From: Escherichia coli
GTDB lineage: Bacteria; Pseudomonadota; Gammaproteobacteria; Enterobacterales; Enterobacteriaceae
Direction: 5' to 3' (one strand)
Length of the DNA stretch: 64,000 bases
Assembly (NCBI RefSeq): GCF_044324875.1
Contig: NZ_CP172185.1
A program made the translations under genes and the position numbers. Within the stretch, counting starts at the first letter, position 1. Each line of letters starts with the position of its first letter. This document shows, one piece after another, positions 53,441 through 63,395 of this stretch. The notes below the pieces were generated by a model. That model was not told where the DNA came from and did no database searches. It worked only from the letters and a program-made list of their open reading frames with translations.

Positions 53441-55420
53441 TCAGGTGCCGATTATGCCGCCGTCGGCTTTTACGATAACGACAGTTGAGGAGCGCGGACG
53501 ACCAGCCTTATCGCCGTCAGGCCAGCTTGATACTGCCGTCGGATGCTGCGGATCGCTAAGCCCTTCGCTTGGCTCGCCAGGGTGCTGGATGTTAATAAAC
53601 AGCGTCCGGTTATCCGGAGTGAACGCGATGCCGGTGATTTCGCAGCCGCGCGGGCCGGTCAGGAAGCGGCGGAACTCATTGGTACCGGGGATCGTCGCCA
53701 CCATCTGGTTGTTGCCCATGCCTTTGTAATCTTTACTATTGATGGTTGATGACGACACGTCGGTCTGGATCCATAGCACGCCGCGGTGATCGAAGCTCAG
53801 GCCATCGGCGCTGCCGAATTCCGCCCCCTTCATGCTGCCTTTGGTTTCCGGTTTGTCCGTATCGGTGCGACCGCCCATCACAAGAATATCCCAGGCAAAC
53901 TGCAGCGCGGTCGGGTCACCGTTATGCTCCAACCAGTGAATGATGTGGCCGTAAACGTTTTTGGCGCGCGGGTTGGCCGCATCCACTGGCGCTTTTCCTT
54001 CCTTACCGCGATCGCTGTTGTTGGTGAGCGTGCAGTAAACGCTGCCGGCGTGATATGGATCGACCGCAATCCACTCCGGGCGGTCCATTTTAGTGGCCCC
54101 CACGGCGTCTGCCGCCAGACGGGTTTTAATCAACAGGTCGCCCTGGTTTTCAAACCCTTTACTGGCGTCGAGCCCATTTTGTCCGAACACCAGCGGTAGC
54201 CACTCGCCTTTGCCGTCGTCGTTAAATTTCGCCACGTACAGAGTGCCTTTTTCCAGCAGGTGCATGTTGGCTTTGCGATCCTGCGGGTTGAATTTTCCTT
54301 CCGAGACAAATTTATATATGTATTCGAATTTCTGGTCATCGCCCATATAGACCACAACGCGGTTATCCGGGGCAATTGTCACCGCTGCGCCTTCGTGTTT
54401 GATGCGACCAAGCGCGGTGTGCTTGCGCGGCACTGAATGCGGATCGTATGGATCGATTTCCACCACCCAGCCGAAGCGGTTCGGCTCGTTCGGCGTGGCG
54501 TCGACGCTGAACCTTTTATCCACTTCGTTCCAGCGGTAAGAGTCGTCGCTCCCGCTGATACCGTAACGTTTTTCCAGCGGGTTCATCTCTGCTTTTTTTA
54601 CGAAAATATCGGACCAGTTCTCTTCACACGTCAGATAGGTGCCCCACGGCGTAAATCCGTTGGCACAGTTCTGCATGGTGCCGAGAATGATTTCGCCTTT
54701 CGGATCGTCAACTGTTTGCATCAGTGGGTTATGCAGCGCCGGACCGGTGATTTTCATCGGCGTGTTAACGGTGATGCGGCGTGCGAAAGATGACGGGCGC
54801 ACCACTTCCCAGCCCAGGGGCACTTTTTTTACTTCAATGACCGACACGCCCATCGCGTTCTGGCCTTTAAGAGCTTTATCGGCGCTCCAGTTGGCATCGC
54901 CATCTTTAAACAGTAGACCGTTATCGATGTATTCATGGTTTATGGCAAGCAGGCCGTGATCGGAGCTGTTCCCGCCCTGCGGCAGGCTAAACCACGCCAT
55001 GCCGTCGTGGTGCATCCCGGCCTGCGCCGCCTGTTCTTCCGTGGTGTTGCTACCGTCGGTTTTAAAAACCGGCAGATTTCCGGCAATCCCGGTGGCGTCG
55101 CCCCATTTGTAGAAGGGCTTCGCGATGTATCCTTCCGGCACGATAACGGTATCTTCCGTGGAAACCGGCAGGCTGGTGAAACCGAGCGTCGTCGCTTTGC
55201 CGAGGTTACCGCTTGCTTTGGAGACCACTTTCGCCAGCGCGTTTTCCTGTTTCAGCAGAAATGGGAACGCTGCCGCGGCACCGGCGACCGTGCCGGCCTG
55301 TAACAGACGGCGGCGTGACAAATAAACTTCCGCCACCTGCGAAAACGCGCGGTTATCGCTCGGGTTACTGATTTCTTCACTATGCTCACGTTTGAATAAA
55401 GTTTTTAACGGTCTGCCCAT
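53441..55420 (-). CDS. PhoX-family phosphatase (DUF839) with Tat-type signal peptide
   Basis: 659-aa ORF; N-terminus ...SRRRLLQAGTVAGAAAAFPFL (twin-arginine-like); body matches the beta-propeller PhoX/DUF839 pattern. Confidence 0.75.
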   Translation of the reverse strand: MGRPLKTLFKREHSEEISNPSDNRAFSQVAEVYLSRRRLLQAGTVAGAAAAFPFLLKQENALAKVVSKASGNLGKATTLGFTSLPVSTEDTVIVPEGYIAKPFYKWGDATGIAGNLPVFKTDGSNTTEEQAAQAGMHHDGMAWFSLPQGGNSSDHGLLAINHEYIDNGLLFKDGDANWSADKALKGQNAMGVSVIEVKKVPLGWEVVRPSSFARRITVNTPMKITGPALHNPLMQTVDDPKGEIILGTMQNCANGFTPWGTYLTCEENWSDIFVKKAEMNPLEKRYGISGSDDSYRWNEVDKRFSVDATPNEPNRFGWVVEIDPYDPHSVPRKHTALGRIKHEGAAVTIAPDNRVVVYMGDDQKFEYIYKFVSEGKFNPQDRKANMHLLEKGTLYVAKFNDDGKGEWLPLVFGQNGLDASKGFENQGDLLIKTRLAADAVGATKMDRPEWIAVDPYHAGSVYCTLTNNSDRGKEGKAPVDAANPRAKNVYGHIIHWLEHNGDPTALQFAWDILVMGGRTDTDKPETKGSMKGAEFGSADGLSFDHRGVLWIQTDVSSSTINSKDYKGMGNNQMVATIPGTNEFRRFLTGPRGCEITGIAFTPDNRTLFINIQHPGEPSEGLSDPQHPTAVSSWPDGDKAGRPRSSTVVIVKADGGIIGT

Positions 55421-55842
55421 TGCGGTTTCCTTTCAAAAAATCGATTTCAAGGGGAATCATTTTTATGCACGTGAGTCTACGGAAAGATTGTTACGGAAAT
55501 ATAACAATTGTCATAAAAAACCGGCGATAAAATCATCTATGGTCGGGACGCGGTTTCAGGTATGATGTGAGGCTAGAATTCTGAACGCTCTCTTTTGTTG
55601 AGCATATATGGACGTCCCGGGTGAGGCAAGTACTGGTTCGATGCGGTTTGCGACCATATATCCGGCGTCGTTAGTAGGTTCAATGACCTGCGCCATGATG
55701 TTATCCGGGCCCTGTTTCCTAATCACTACACCGGTATTTGATTACCCAGGTCAACTTCAGACTGTTACAGGGGCGGTAGCCGTTATCTCATCAGTGAATG
55801 TAAACTCAGTTAAAAATATTTTCTATAACTTACTGTTTTTCT

Positions 55843-56026
55843 TTAATTCATCACAACGGCCTTCTGCATATTAAAATCAATACTATCGCTCAAAACACGC
55901 CAGATGATTCTTGTCAGCTTATTCGCCAGCGCACCAGTGGTTTTCAGGAACCCTCGACGGGCTTCCATCCTTTGCAGACAAATACTCAGACTGTCAGTGA
56001 GCTTTTTCACACAGCGCATTACAGAC
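55843..56026 (-). pseudogene. Transposase-like C-terminal fragment (family uncertain), cut by the IS911-like end
   Basis: Short minus-strand ORF ...TGALANKLTRIIWRVLSDSIDFNMQ... abutting the IS911-like terminal repeat at 56027. Confidence 0.3.
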
Positions 56027-56440
56027 TGAAATGGCACACTGAATTTGGTCACCTGAACAGAGGTGATATGCTCACCTCAGAACAAGACTGGTGCCCTAAT
56101 GAAAAAAAGAAATTTTAGCGCAGAGTTTAAACGCTAATCCGCCCAACTGGTTGTTGACCAGAACTATACGGTGGCAGATGCCGCCAAAGCTATGGATATC
56201 GGCCTTTCCACAATGACAAGATGGGTCAAACAACTGCGTGATGAGCGTCAGGGCAAAACACTAAAAGCCTCTCCGATGACACCAGAACAAATCGAAATAC
56301 GTGAGCTGAGGAAAAAGCTACAACGCATTGAAATGGAGAATGAAATATTAAAAAGGCTACTGCACTCTTGATGTCAGCCTCCCTGAACAGTTCTCTATAA
56401 TAGGGAAACTCAGGACACGTTATCCTTTGGTCACTCTCTG
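56027..56440 (+). mobile_element. IS911-like (IS3 family) left-end fragment with inactivated orfA
   Basis: Terminal repeat TGAAATGGCACACTGAATTTGGTCACCTGAACAG at 56027; orfA from ATG 56099 reads MKKRNFSAEFKR* (in-frame TAA), then ...[29 protein letters not shown]...IEMENEILK; right boundary approximate. Confidence 0.7.
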
Positions 56441-57310
56441 TGTAGTGGATCGGTAATTCAGGACACCTCATTTTCACTGTTAATGTTAAAAAGTGAAAAT
56501 GAGGTGATGCATGATCAAAACTCGTCGGACTAAACGTACCTTTTCCCCGGAGTTCAAGCTTGAAGCTATCGAACAGGTGGTTAAATACCAGCGTGATGTC
56601 AGAGAAGTCGCGCTGGCACTCGAGCTCAACCCTGACCATTTGCGTAAATAGATACGGTTGTATAAGCAGGAACTTCAGGGTATTGAGCCCGCTGGTAATG
56701 CTATTACTCCTGAACAACGCTAAATTAAGCAGCTTAAAGCGCAGATAAAGCGCCCTGAGATGGAAAAAGAAATACTAAAGCAGGCTGCCGTGCTGATGAG
56801 CGAAATCCCCGGGGAAACTGTCGCGCTAATCACACAGCTGAAAGCAAAGTGGCCAGTGCGGGTTCTTTGTCATTTATTCGGTATTCACCGTAGCATTTAT
56901 TACGCGCAGGTGAAGCGTCCTGTTAATGTGCAAAGAATTGAATTACGAAGTCGGGTGAGGGCTGTCCATGCTCTCAGTCGTGGCGCAGTCGGTAGCCGGG
57001 CAATCAGTCAGATGTTGCGCCATAGTGGCGTTGATGCAGGTCGGTGGCTGGCACGACGACTGATGCGGGAATGCGGGCTGACAAGTCGACAGCCAGTTAA
57101 ACATCACTACCGGGTAAACGAAGACAAAAGTCCGCCATTGCCAAATTTACTGAACCGGCAATTTCACCCCGCCGCACCAAACCGCGTCTGGTGCGGCAAC
57201 ATCAGTTTTATTCGCCTGCAGGACAAATGGTGTTATCTCGCACTCGTTGTTGATTTATATTCACGGCGGATTATCGGTTCAGCCCTCTCATTAACCGCTG
57301 ATGCTGAGTT
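56441..57310 (+). mobile_element. Second IS3-family element fragment (orfA and 5' part of orfB), truncated by the IS66 insertion
   Basis: orfA from ATG 56511 (MIKTRRTKRTFSPEFKLEAIEQVVKYQRDVREVALALELNPDHLRK*), orfB-like ORF 56760-57314 (...RVWCGNISFIRLQDKWCYLALVVDLYSRRIIG...) ending at the IS66 end; left boundary approximate. Confidence 0.6.
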
Positions 57311-57347
57311 GTAAGCGTACAGCGAGGGCCGTATTGACGGGGATGTG

Positions 57348-58886
57348 TTATTCAGCTGGCAGTGCTATGCGCCACGGAAGCAGTTCGCTGACCCGGTTGA
57401 CCGGCCAGTCTGCTATGACGCCAAGCACATGGCGAAGGTAGCTTTCTGGATCCACGTCATTCAGTTTGCACGTCCCTATCAGGCTGTACAGTAGCGCTCC
57501 CCGCTCACCACCATGGCCAGAGCCGAAGAACAGGAAGTTTTTACGACCCAGACTTACCGCCCGCAGGGCATTTTCAGCGATGTTGTTGTCGATTTCCACC
57601 CAGCCATCGTTCGCATAGTACGTCAGTGCCGGCCACTGGTTAAGTGCGTACGCGAACGCCTTCGCCAACTCTGAGTGTCGCGACAGGGTCTTCATCTTTT
57701 CACGCAACCAGCTTTCCAGGGATTTCAACAGCGGTTTCGTTTTTCGCTGACGTTCAGCAAGCCGCTGCTCTGCCGGCATTCCCCTTATATCCGCCTCTAT
57801 GGCGTACAACTGACCGATCTGCTCCAGGGCTTCTTCCGTCAGTGCTGACGGGATGCGGACGTGCACATCGTGGATCTTTCGGCGGGCATGAGCCCAGCAG
57901 GCAGCTTCCGTTATCCCACCATTGCGATACAGCTCGTTGAACCCGGCGTACGCATCCGCTTGCAGCACACCGCTGAAGCAAGCAAGATGAGTCTGCGGAT
58001 GGATGCCTTTTCTGTCCGGGCTGTAAGCGAACCACACTGCAGGTGCCAACGCTGACCCGGCATTGCGGTCATCACGAACATACGCCCACAACCGCCCGGT
58101 CTTCGTCTTCTTATTACCCGGCATCAGTACCTGGACCGGGGTATCATCGGCATGGAGTTTGCCGTCAGTCATGACATAGCCATGAAGCGCCTCTTCCAGC
58201 GGAGACAGCAGCCGGCAGCATGCATCCACCCAGCCCGACAGCAGTGAACGGCTCAGCTCCACACCTTGCCGGCCGTATATTTCTGACTGGCGATACAGCG
58301 GGGTGTGCTCTGCATACTTCGAGGTCAGCACGCGGGCCAGCAGCCCCGGTCCGGCGATACCCCGCTCGATGGGCCGCGAAGGTGCAGGTGCCTGCACGAT
58401 GGCATCGCACTGAGTACAGGCATGTTTTTCCCGTACCGTCCGGATAACCCGGAAGGCGCTACGCATCAACTCCAGCTGTTCGGCGGTATCCTCGCCCAGA
58501 TAGCTCAGTGAACCGCCGCAGTTCGGGCAGCACGGCGCCGCAGGCAACAGTCGCTTTTCGTCACGGGGTAGTGATTCAGGGAACGGCTTACGGATGCGGG
58601 TCTGACGCAACGGACGCTGTACTGCCGGGTCATACACCCTACCAGTCAGCGTATCGCTCTCTTTCTGAAGCCGGTTCAGATCGGCTTCCATTTGTGCGAT
58701 ACGGCGGGAGACTTTTTCGGAACGACTGCCGAAGTTCATCCGGCGGAGTTTATCCAGCTGCGCCTGCAGATGGTCTATTTCGCGCTCCCGGTTGCTCAGC
58801 TTTTCCTGCAGGGCGTGGATCAGCGCTTCCTGTTCGGCCAGGCGCTGTTTCAGCAGGAAGATGTCGTCAGAAGAGATGTCGTTCAT
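57348..58886 (-). CDS. IS66-family transposase TnpC
   Basis: 512-aa ORF with N-terminal leucine-zipper/coiled-coil ([24 protein letters not shown]), Cys-rich zinc-finger region (CPNCGG...CTQCD) and DDE core. Confidence 0.88.
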   Translation of the reverse strand: MNDISSDDIFLLKQRLAEQEALIHALQEKLSNREREIDHLQAQLDKLRRMNFGSRSEKVSRRIAQMEADLNRLQKESDTLTGRVYDPAVQRPLRQTRIRKPFPESLPRDEKRLLPAAPCCPNCGGSLSYLGEDTAEQLELMRSAFRVIRTVREKHACTQCDAIVQAPAPSRPIERGIAGPGLLARVLTSKYAEHTPLYRQSEIYGRQGVELSRSLLSGWVDACCRLLSPLEEALHGYVMTDGKLHADDTPVQVLMPGNKKTKTGRLWAYVRDDRNAGSALAPAVWFAYSPDRKGIHPQTHLACFSGVLQADAYAGFNELYRNGGITEAACWAHARRKIHDVHVRIPSALTEEALEQIGQLYAIEADIRGMPAEQRLAERQRKTKPLLKSLESWLREKMKTLSRHSELAKAFAYALNQWPALTYYANDGWVEIDNNIAENALRAVSLGRKNFLFFGSGHGGERGALLYSLIGTCKLNDVDPESYLRHVLGVIADWPVNRVSELLPWRIALPAE

Positions 58887-58935
58887 AAGCCCGTATTTTA
58901 CCGGGCTTATTCTGTGACAACCAGGATAAAGAGAT

Positions 58936-59283
58936 TTACAGCATGGTCAGGGAGGTCAGCAGCCGCTTAGGCTGTCGCCAGTCGATACCTTCCAGCAGCA
59001 TCGCCAGCTGCGCCTGTGTAAGGAACACTTTGCCATCACGGGCTGACGGCCAGGCGAAGCGCCCACGCTCCAGCCGTTTGGTCAGGAGGCACAGTCCGTC
59101 ACCGGTGGACCACAGCAGTTTAACCTGACTGCCGCTGCGGCCCCGGAAAATGAAAACATGGCCGGACATGGGATCGTCTTTCAGCGCCGTCTGTACTTTC
59201 GCAGCCAGGCCGTTGAAGCCATTTCTCATATCGGTGATACCGGCAACCAGCCAAATTTTGGTCCCGGAAGGTAAAGGGATCAT
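58936..59283 (-). CDS. IS66 accessory protein TnpB (orf2)
   Basis: 115-aa [34 protein letters not shown]... Confidence 0.85.
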   Translation of the reverse strand: MIPLPSGTKIWLVAGITDMRNGFNGLAAKVQTALKDDPMSGHVFIFRGRSGSQVKLLWSTGDGLCLLTKRLERGRFAWPSARDGKVFLTQAQLAMLLEGIDWRQPKRLLTSLTML

Positions 59284-59681
59284 CGCTTCAGTTCCTGTAT
59301 CAGCAGAGTCAGGAGCTTTTCGCTGACATTGCCATTGAAGCGGAGCGTCCCGTGCCGGAACGTTACCTCACAGCTGATACTGAGGGTTTCCGGGTCCTCT
59401 GCGAGCGATTCTGGCTGTTCGGCAGCTGCATCGAGAGTCACAGGAAGTAGCTGGGGGCTCTCTGAAGAAGGTAATAGCAGCTTTCCCTCGCGCCATTGTT
59501 GTCGCCATTTGAACAACAGATTGGCGTTAATGCCATTTTCAAGAGCAAGTTTTGAGATGGATATCCCGGGTTCACAGGAGGCAGCAACGAGCTGCTGTTT
59601 AAATTCGGGAGGATAATTAGGGCAGCCTTTTCGCCTGCCGGGAGTCACATTTTTCTGCATATCTGACACTTTGGTTCCCAC
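59280..59681 (-). CDS. IS66 accessory protein TnpA (orf1)
   Basis: 133-aa ORF; 4-bp overlap with tnpB. Confidence 0.8.
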   Translation of the reverse strand: MGTKVSDMQKNVTPGRRKGCPNYPPEFKQQLVAASCEPGISISKLALENGINANLLFKWRQQWREGKLLLPSSESPQLLPVTLDAAAEQPESLAEDPETLSISCEVTFRHGTLRFNGNVSEKLLTLLIQELKR

Positions 59682-59752
59682 TACTTATTTGGTGGACACC
59701 ACTTTGTCTAATTCGTCAGATTCTGACCAGACGGTTCAGGCTGTACGCTTAC

Positions 59753-61833
59753 GCCTGACCGGTGTCTCTGGTGACATATTCCGGAGCTCCGGAGAGAGTA
59801 AAGGTAACGCGATCATCGGCAGAAGCATCTCCATACTGCAGATGCCCGTCGTTGGGGATCATGGCCAGTTTGCCGTAATAGCGATACACATTGTATTCAT
59901 CCTGTGTATAGCCAAAGAAGGACTGATTATTCAGTTGTGAACCCGACAGGCTGACAAACTCGCTGGCAAGAAGATGACTTCCCGTATTATCCAGTTTGTT
60001 CGCGTCAATCAGCAGATTATTACCGGCCGAAATTCTGGCATCCCCCCCTGTTGCACCAACATCGACGCGTGTTGTGCCAGTCAGAAATTTCCGGGTGGCT
60101 CCCTTTTCAGTCGGAACGGCCCATGCCTCAAAACCACCACCGGCAGTACCGCTCCAGGACTTCACATAATATCCCCATCCATTTTCACCTAAATCGCCCA
60201 CTCTGACTGAAACAGAATTTACACCATCAGGTACTGCGACATTCTCAACCGGAATGTATGATTTTGTCTCATTTATACCCTCCCGCTGATTCAGTAAATG
60301 TCCGGTTCTGATGGTGATATCACCGCGGGTGGTTTCGATATTCCCGGAGGTATTAATCACTTCAGCATTCGCGGCACCACTGACATCTTTCTGCATCACC
60401 AGGCTGTAACCCGCCAGCATATCGCCGTGATGGTTCCGGATGGTGCTGGCAAACAGCGAGAGGTTATTGCCCGCATACAACAGTGCGGTGTTAATGACTG
60501 CCCCGGCGACCGTTAACACCAGACTACCCGTCGTGCCGGTAAAACCGTCGAGAGTGATATCTCCCCTGCTGGTCAGGCTGACGTCCCCGCCTGCCTGCAG
60601 GCTGCCGCTGGCATTCATCGCAATCCCGCTGCCGCTCAGTGCCGTGGTGCCGTTGCCGGCGGTCAACTGGCCATTGTTGGTCAGCCTGCCTGCAGCATTC
60701 AGCGTGATACCGTTGCCCTGCAATGTGGCGCCATTGGTAATATCACCCTGGCTGCTGACGGAGAGTTGTTTATTCGCGGCGATAACGCCCTGTGCGGTCA
60801 AACCACGTGTGAGCTTCAGCGTCAGGTTACCGAGTGCAACCAGCTGGCCCGCGCCGCTGAGCGAGACCATTTCAGCAAGCATATCACCGCCGCTGAACAC
60901 CTTCCCGCCGGCGTTGTTCAGGCTGTTCCCTTTTATTGTCAGGCCCTGATTACCCAGCAGCGTGCCGCTGTTGGTGATGGTCTGCGTGTTGACGTTCAGT
61001 TGTGCAGCCTGGAACAGGCCACGGTTGGTCAGACTGTTACCTGTGAGCGTTGCCTGATTCGCCGCCATCACAGTGCCATTACCGGCAAGCTTCGCCACGT
61101 TCAGCAGCAGGTCAGTGGCCTGTAGCCAGCCACTGCCACTGTAGTCCGGCGTGGTGAACGTCAGCTCACCGCCGGAAAGAATCTTGCCACTGTTGTGGGC
61201 CTGCGTTGCCGCGCTGAGCGTGGTTTTACCGTTGCCCTGAATGGTGCCGTCATTAGTCAGCACAGGTGCAGAAAGCGCTGATACGTTCTGACTGAGAAGC
61301 ACACCGCTGGTCTGGTTGGTCAGGGCATTCAGCAATGTAAGAGTCAGCCCGCTGTCGCCCTGCACACGACCTGAGTTGGTCAGCGAACTGGCGGTGATTC
61401 GGTTATCCGCCCCCTGAAGCTGCCCACTATTGCTGATGTCTCTGGCGTTGACGTTTAATGTACCGCCTGTCAGCATTTTACCGTGCTGTTGCAGATTACC
61501 ACTGAGTGTCACATTCAGGCTGTTAACACCACTGATTTCGCCACCGTTGCTGAGCGAATCACCATTCACTTCCAGCGTCTTCGCGCTGATTAATCCCTTG
61601 TTACCCAGCACTTTCCCGGTAAGGCGGGCATCGCCCAGGGCGGTAATTTTGCTGCCGGTGGCAGCAATAACATCGCCACTCAGGGTCAGAGCCAACTCCA
61701 GCGCACTCTGAACAGCACCGCTGCTGGTCAGGCTGCTGGCATCCAGAGTAATGTTCTGCCCCTGAATCCGGCCGCTGTTGGTCACATCTCCTGCGCTCAG
61801 CGTCAGCGAGTTCTGGCTCGATCCGCGCACCAC
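59753..61833 (-). pseudogene. Internal fragment of a filamentous-haemagglutinin / CdiA-like two-partner-secretion exoprotein
   Basis: 694-aa minus-strand ORF made of degenerate repeats (...LTNSGRVQG..., ...LNNAGGKVFSGGDM..., ...GNSLTNRGLFQAAQLNVN...); no TPS secretion domain; reading frame terminates inside the IS66 terminal repeat. Confidence 0.7.
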
Positions 61834-61872
61834 TTATCCCGAACTGCGTCAGCAGTTGATCGGAGGTACACC

Positions 61873-62424
61873 ATGAAACGCATTCTGACCCGTGGCCTGG
61901 CGCTGCTGATGCTGATGCTCGCCGGCTGCAGCATCGAGGTCACCGAGTACCGGCAGCAGCAGCCCGCCCTCGACATCTTCCACTATTTTCAGGGTCGAAC
62001 CGAGGCGTGGGGGATGGTGCAGGATCGCCGCGGTAAACAGCTGCGCCGCTTCCATGTAGCGATCGATGGCGACGTCGTCGGCGACACCCTGACGCTCCAT
62101 GAGCGCTTTGTCTATGACGATGGCGAGAAACAGCAGCGGGTGTGGCGCATTCGCCGCACCGGCGATAACCATTATCAGGGCACCGCCGGGGATATCGAAG
62201 GCGTGGCCAGCGGCCAGGCGGCAGGCAATGCCTTTCACTGGCGCTACAGCATGAACGTCGAGGCCAGCGGCAGCCGGTGGCTGCTGCACTTTGACGACTG
62301 GATGTTCCTGCAGGACGGCAGCCATTTGTTTAACAAAACCGAGATGAAGAAATTCGGCATTACGGTGGCCACCGTGACCCTTTTCTTTACCCGAACCACA
62401 GCAGAAGAGAGGACAGCGCCATGA
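61873..62424 (+). CDS. Putative lipoprotein
   Basis: 183-aa ORF with signal peptide and lipobox MKRILTRGLALLMLMLAGCS; stop overlaps the next gene's start (ATGA); high-GC codon usage. Confidence 0.65.
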   Translation: MKRILTRGLALLMLMLAGCSIEVTEYRQQQPALDIFHYFQGRTEAWGMVQDRRGKQLRRFHVAIDGDVVGDTLTLHERFVYDDGEKQQRVWRIRRTGDNHYQGTAGDIEGVASGQAAGNAFHWRYSMNVEASGSRWLLHFDDWMFLQDGSHLFNKTEMKKFGITVATVTLFFTRTTAEERTAP

Positions 62425-63380
62425 ACACGCAACCTGTCATTGGGATCAGCGGATGTTTAACCGGCTCAGCCGTGCGATTCGACGGCGGGCATAAGCGTAT
62501 GGGCTTTGTGATGGATGAGCTCGCGCAGTGGGTGGCGTTTAAGCCCGTCTGCCCGGAGATGGCGATCGGCCTGCCCGTTCCCCGCCCGGCGCTCCGGCTG
62601 GTGCAGACCCCGGTCGGGGAGATCCGCATGCGCTTCAGCCACGCCCCGCACGAGGATGTGACGGAGAAGATGGCCGATTTCGCCAACGCCCATCTGGCAA
62701 CCCTGGGCGAGCTGTCGGGCTTTATCGTCTGCGCCAAATCGCCGATCTGCGGGATGGAGCGCGTGCGGCTGTATGATGAAAAAGGCAATCGCGGGCGTAA
62801 GGAAGGCGTGGGGCTGTTTACCGGCGCCCTGATGGCGCGCTACCCGTGGCTTCCGGTGGAAGAGGATGGCCGGCTGCACGATCCGCTGCTGCGGGAGAAT
62901 TTTGTCGAGCGCGTCTTCGCCCTGCATGAACTCAACGCCCTGCGCGCCCGCGGCCTGACCCGCCACGGCCTGCTGGCCTTTCACAGCCGCTACAAGCTGC
63001 AGCTGCTGGCTCACCACCAGGCGGGCTACCGCGAGATCGGCCCCTTCGTCGCCTCGCTGCATGAATGGGAGGATCTGGAGGCTTTCTTCGAGGTCTATCG
63101 CGAAAAGCTGATGGCGATCCTCAAGCGGCCCGCCTCTCGGAAAAACCACACCAACGTGCTGATGCATATTCAGGGTTATTTCCGCGACCAGCTGAACAGC
63201 CGCCAGCGCGGCGAGCTGCGGGAGGTGATCCTCAACTATCGCGCCGGGCTGCTGCCGATCCTCGCGCCGCTGACGCTGCTTAAGCACTATCTGGCCGAGT
63301 ATCCGGATCGCTACCTGCAGGCGCAGAACTATTTTGACCCCTACCCGCAGGATCTTGCCCTGCGCCTGACGGTGAACTGA
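62421..63380 (+). CDS. YbgA-like protein (DUF523 plus DUF1722-type)
   Basis: 319-aa ORF MNTQPVIGISGCLTGSAVRFDGGHKRMGFVMDELAQWVAFKPVCPEMAIGLP...; high GC and Leu/Arg/Ala-rich composition. Confidence 0.6.
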   Translation: MNTQPVIGISGCLTGSAVRFDGGHKRMGFVMDELAQWVAFKPVCPEMAIGLPVPRPALRLVQTPVGEIRMRFSHAPHEDVTEKMADFANAHLATLGELSGFIVCAKSPICGMERVRLYDEKGNRGRKEGVGLFTGALMARYPWLPVEEDGRLHDPLLRENFVERVFALHELNALRARGLTRHGLLAFHSRYKLQLLAHHQAGYREIGPFVASLHEWEDLEAFFEVYREKLMAILKRPASRKNHTNVLMHIQGYFRDQLNSRQRGELREVILNYRAGLLPILAPLTLLKHYLAEYPDRYLQAQNYFDPYPQDLALRLTVN

Positions 63381-63395
63381 GGGAACCTGGGCCAG

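Larger units (their letters stand above)
57311..59752 (-). mobile_element. IS66-family insertion sequence (ISEc8-like), apparently intact, 2442 bp
   Basis: Terminal inverted repeats GTAAGCGTACAGC... at 57311 and ...GCTGTACGCTTAC ending 59752; three ORFs in the canonical tnpA-tnpB-tnpC order; flanking 8-mers differ (GCTGAGTT vs GCCTGACC). Confidence 0.85.

Noticed and set aside
53441-55420. Track ORFs on the plus strand inside the PhoX-type gene (for example 53786-54199, 54437-54793, 54935-55303)
   Set aside because: Antisense fragments within a well-supported 659-aa gene.
62466-63287. 273-aa minus-strand ORF (and 61849-62325 minus, 158 aa)
   Set aside because: Antisense to the lipoprotein and YbgA-like genes in a high-GC block where stop codons are rare on every frame; no signal or motif support.
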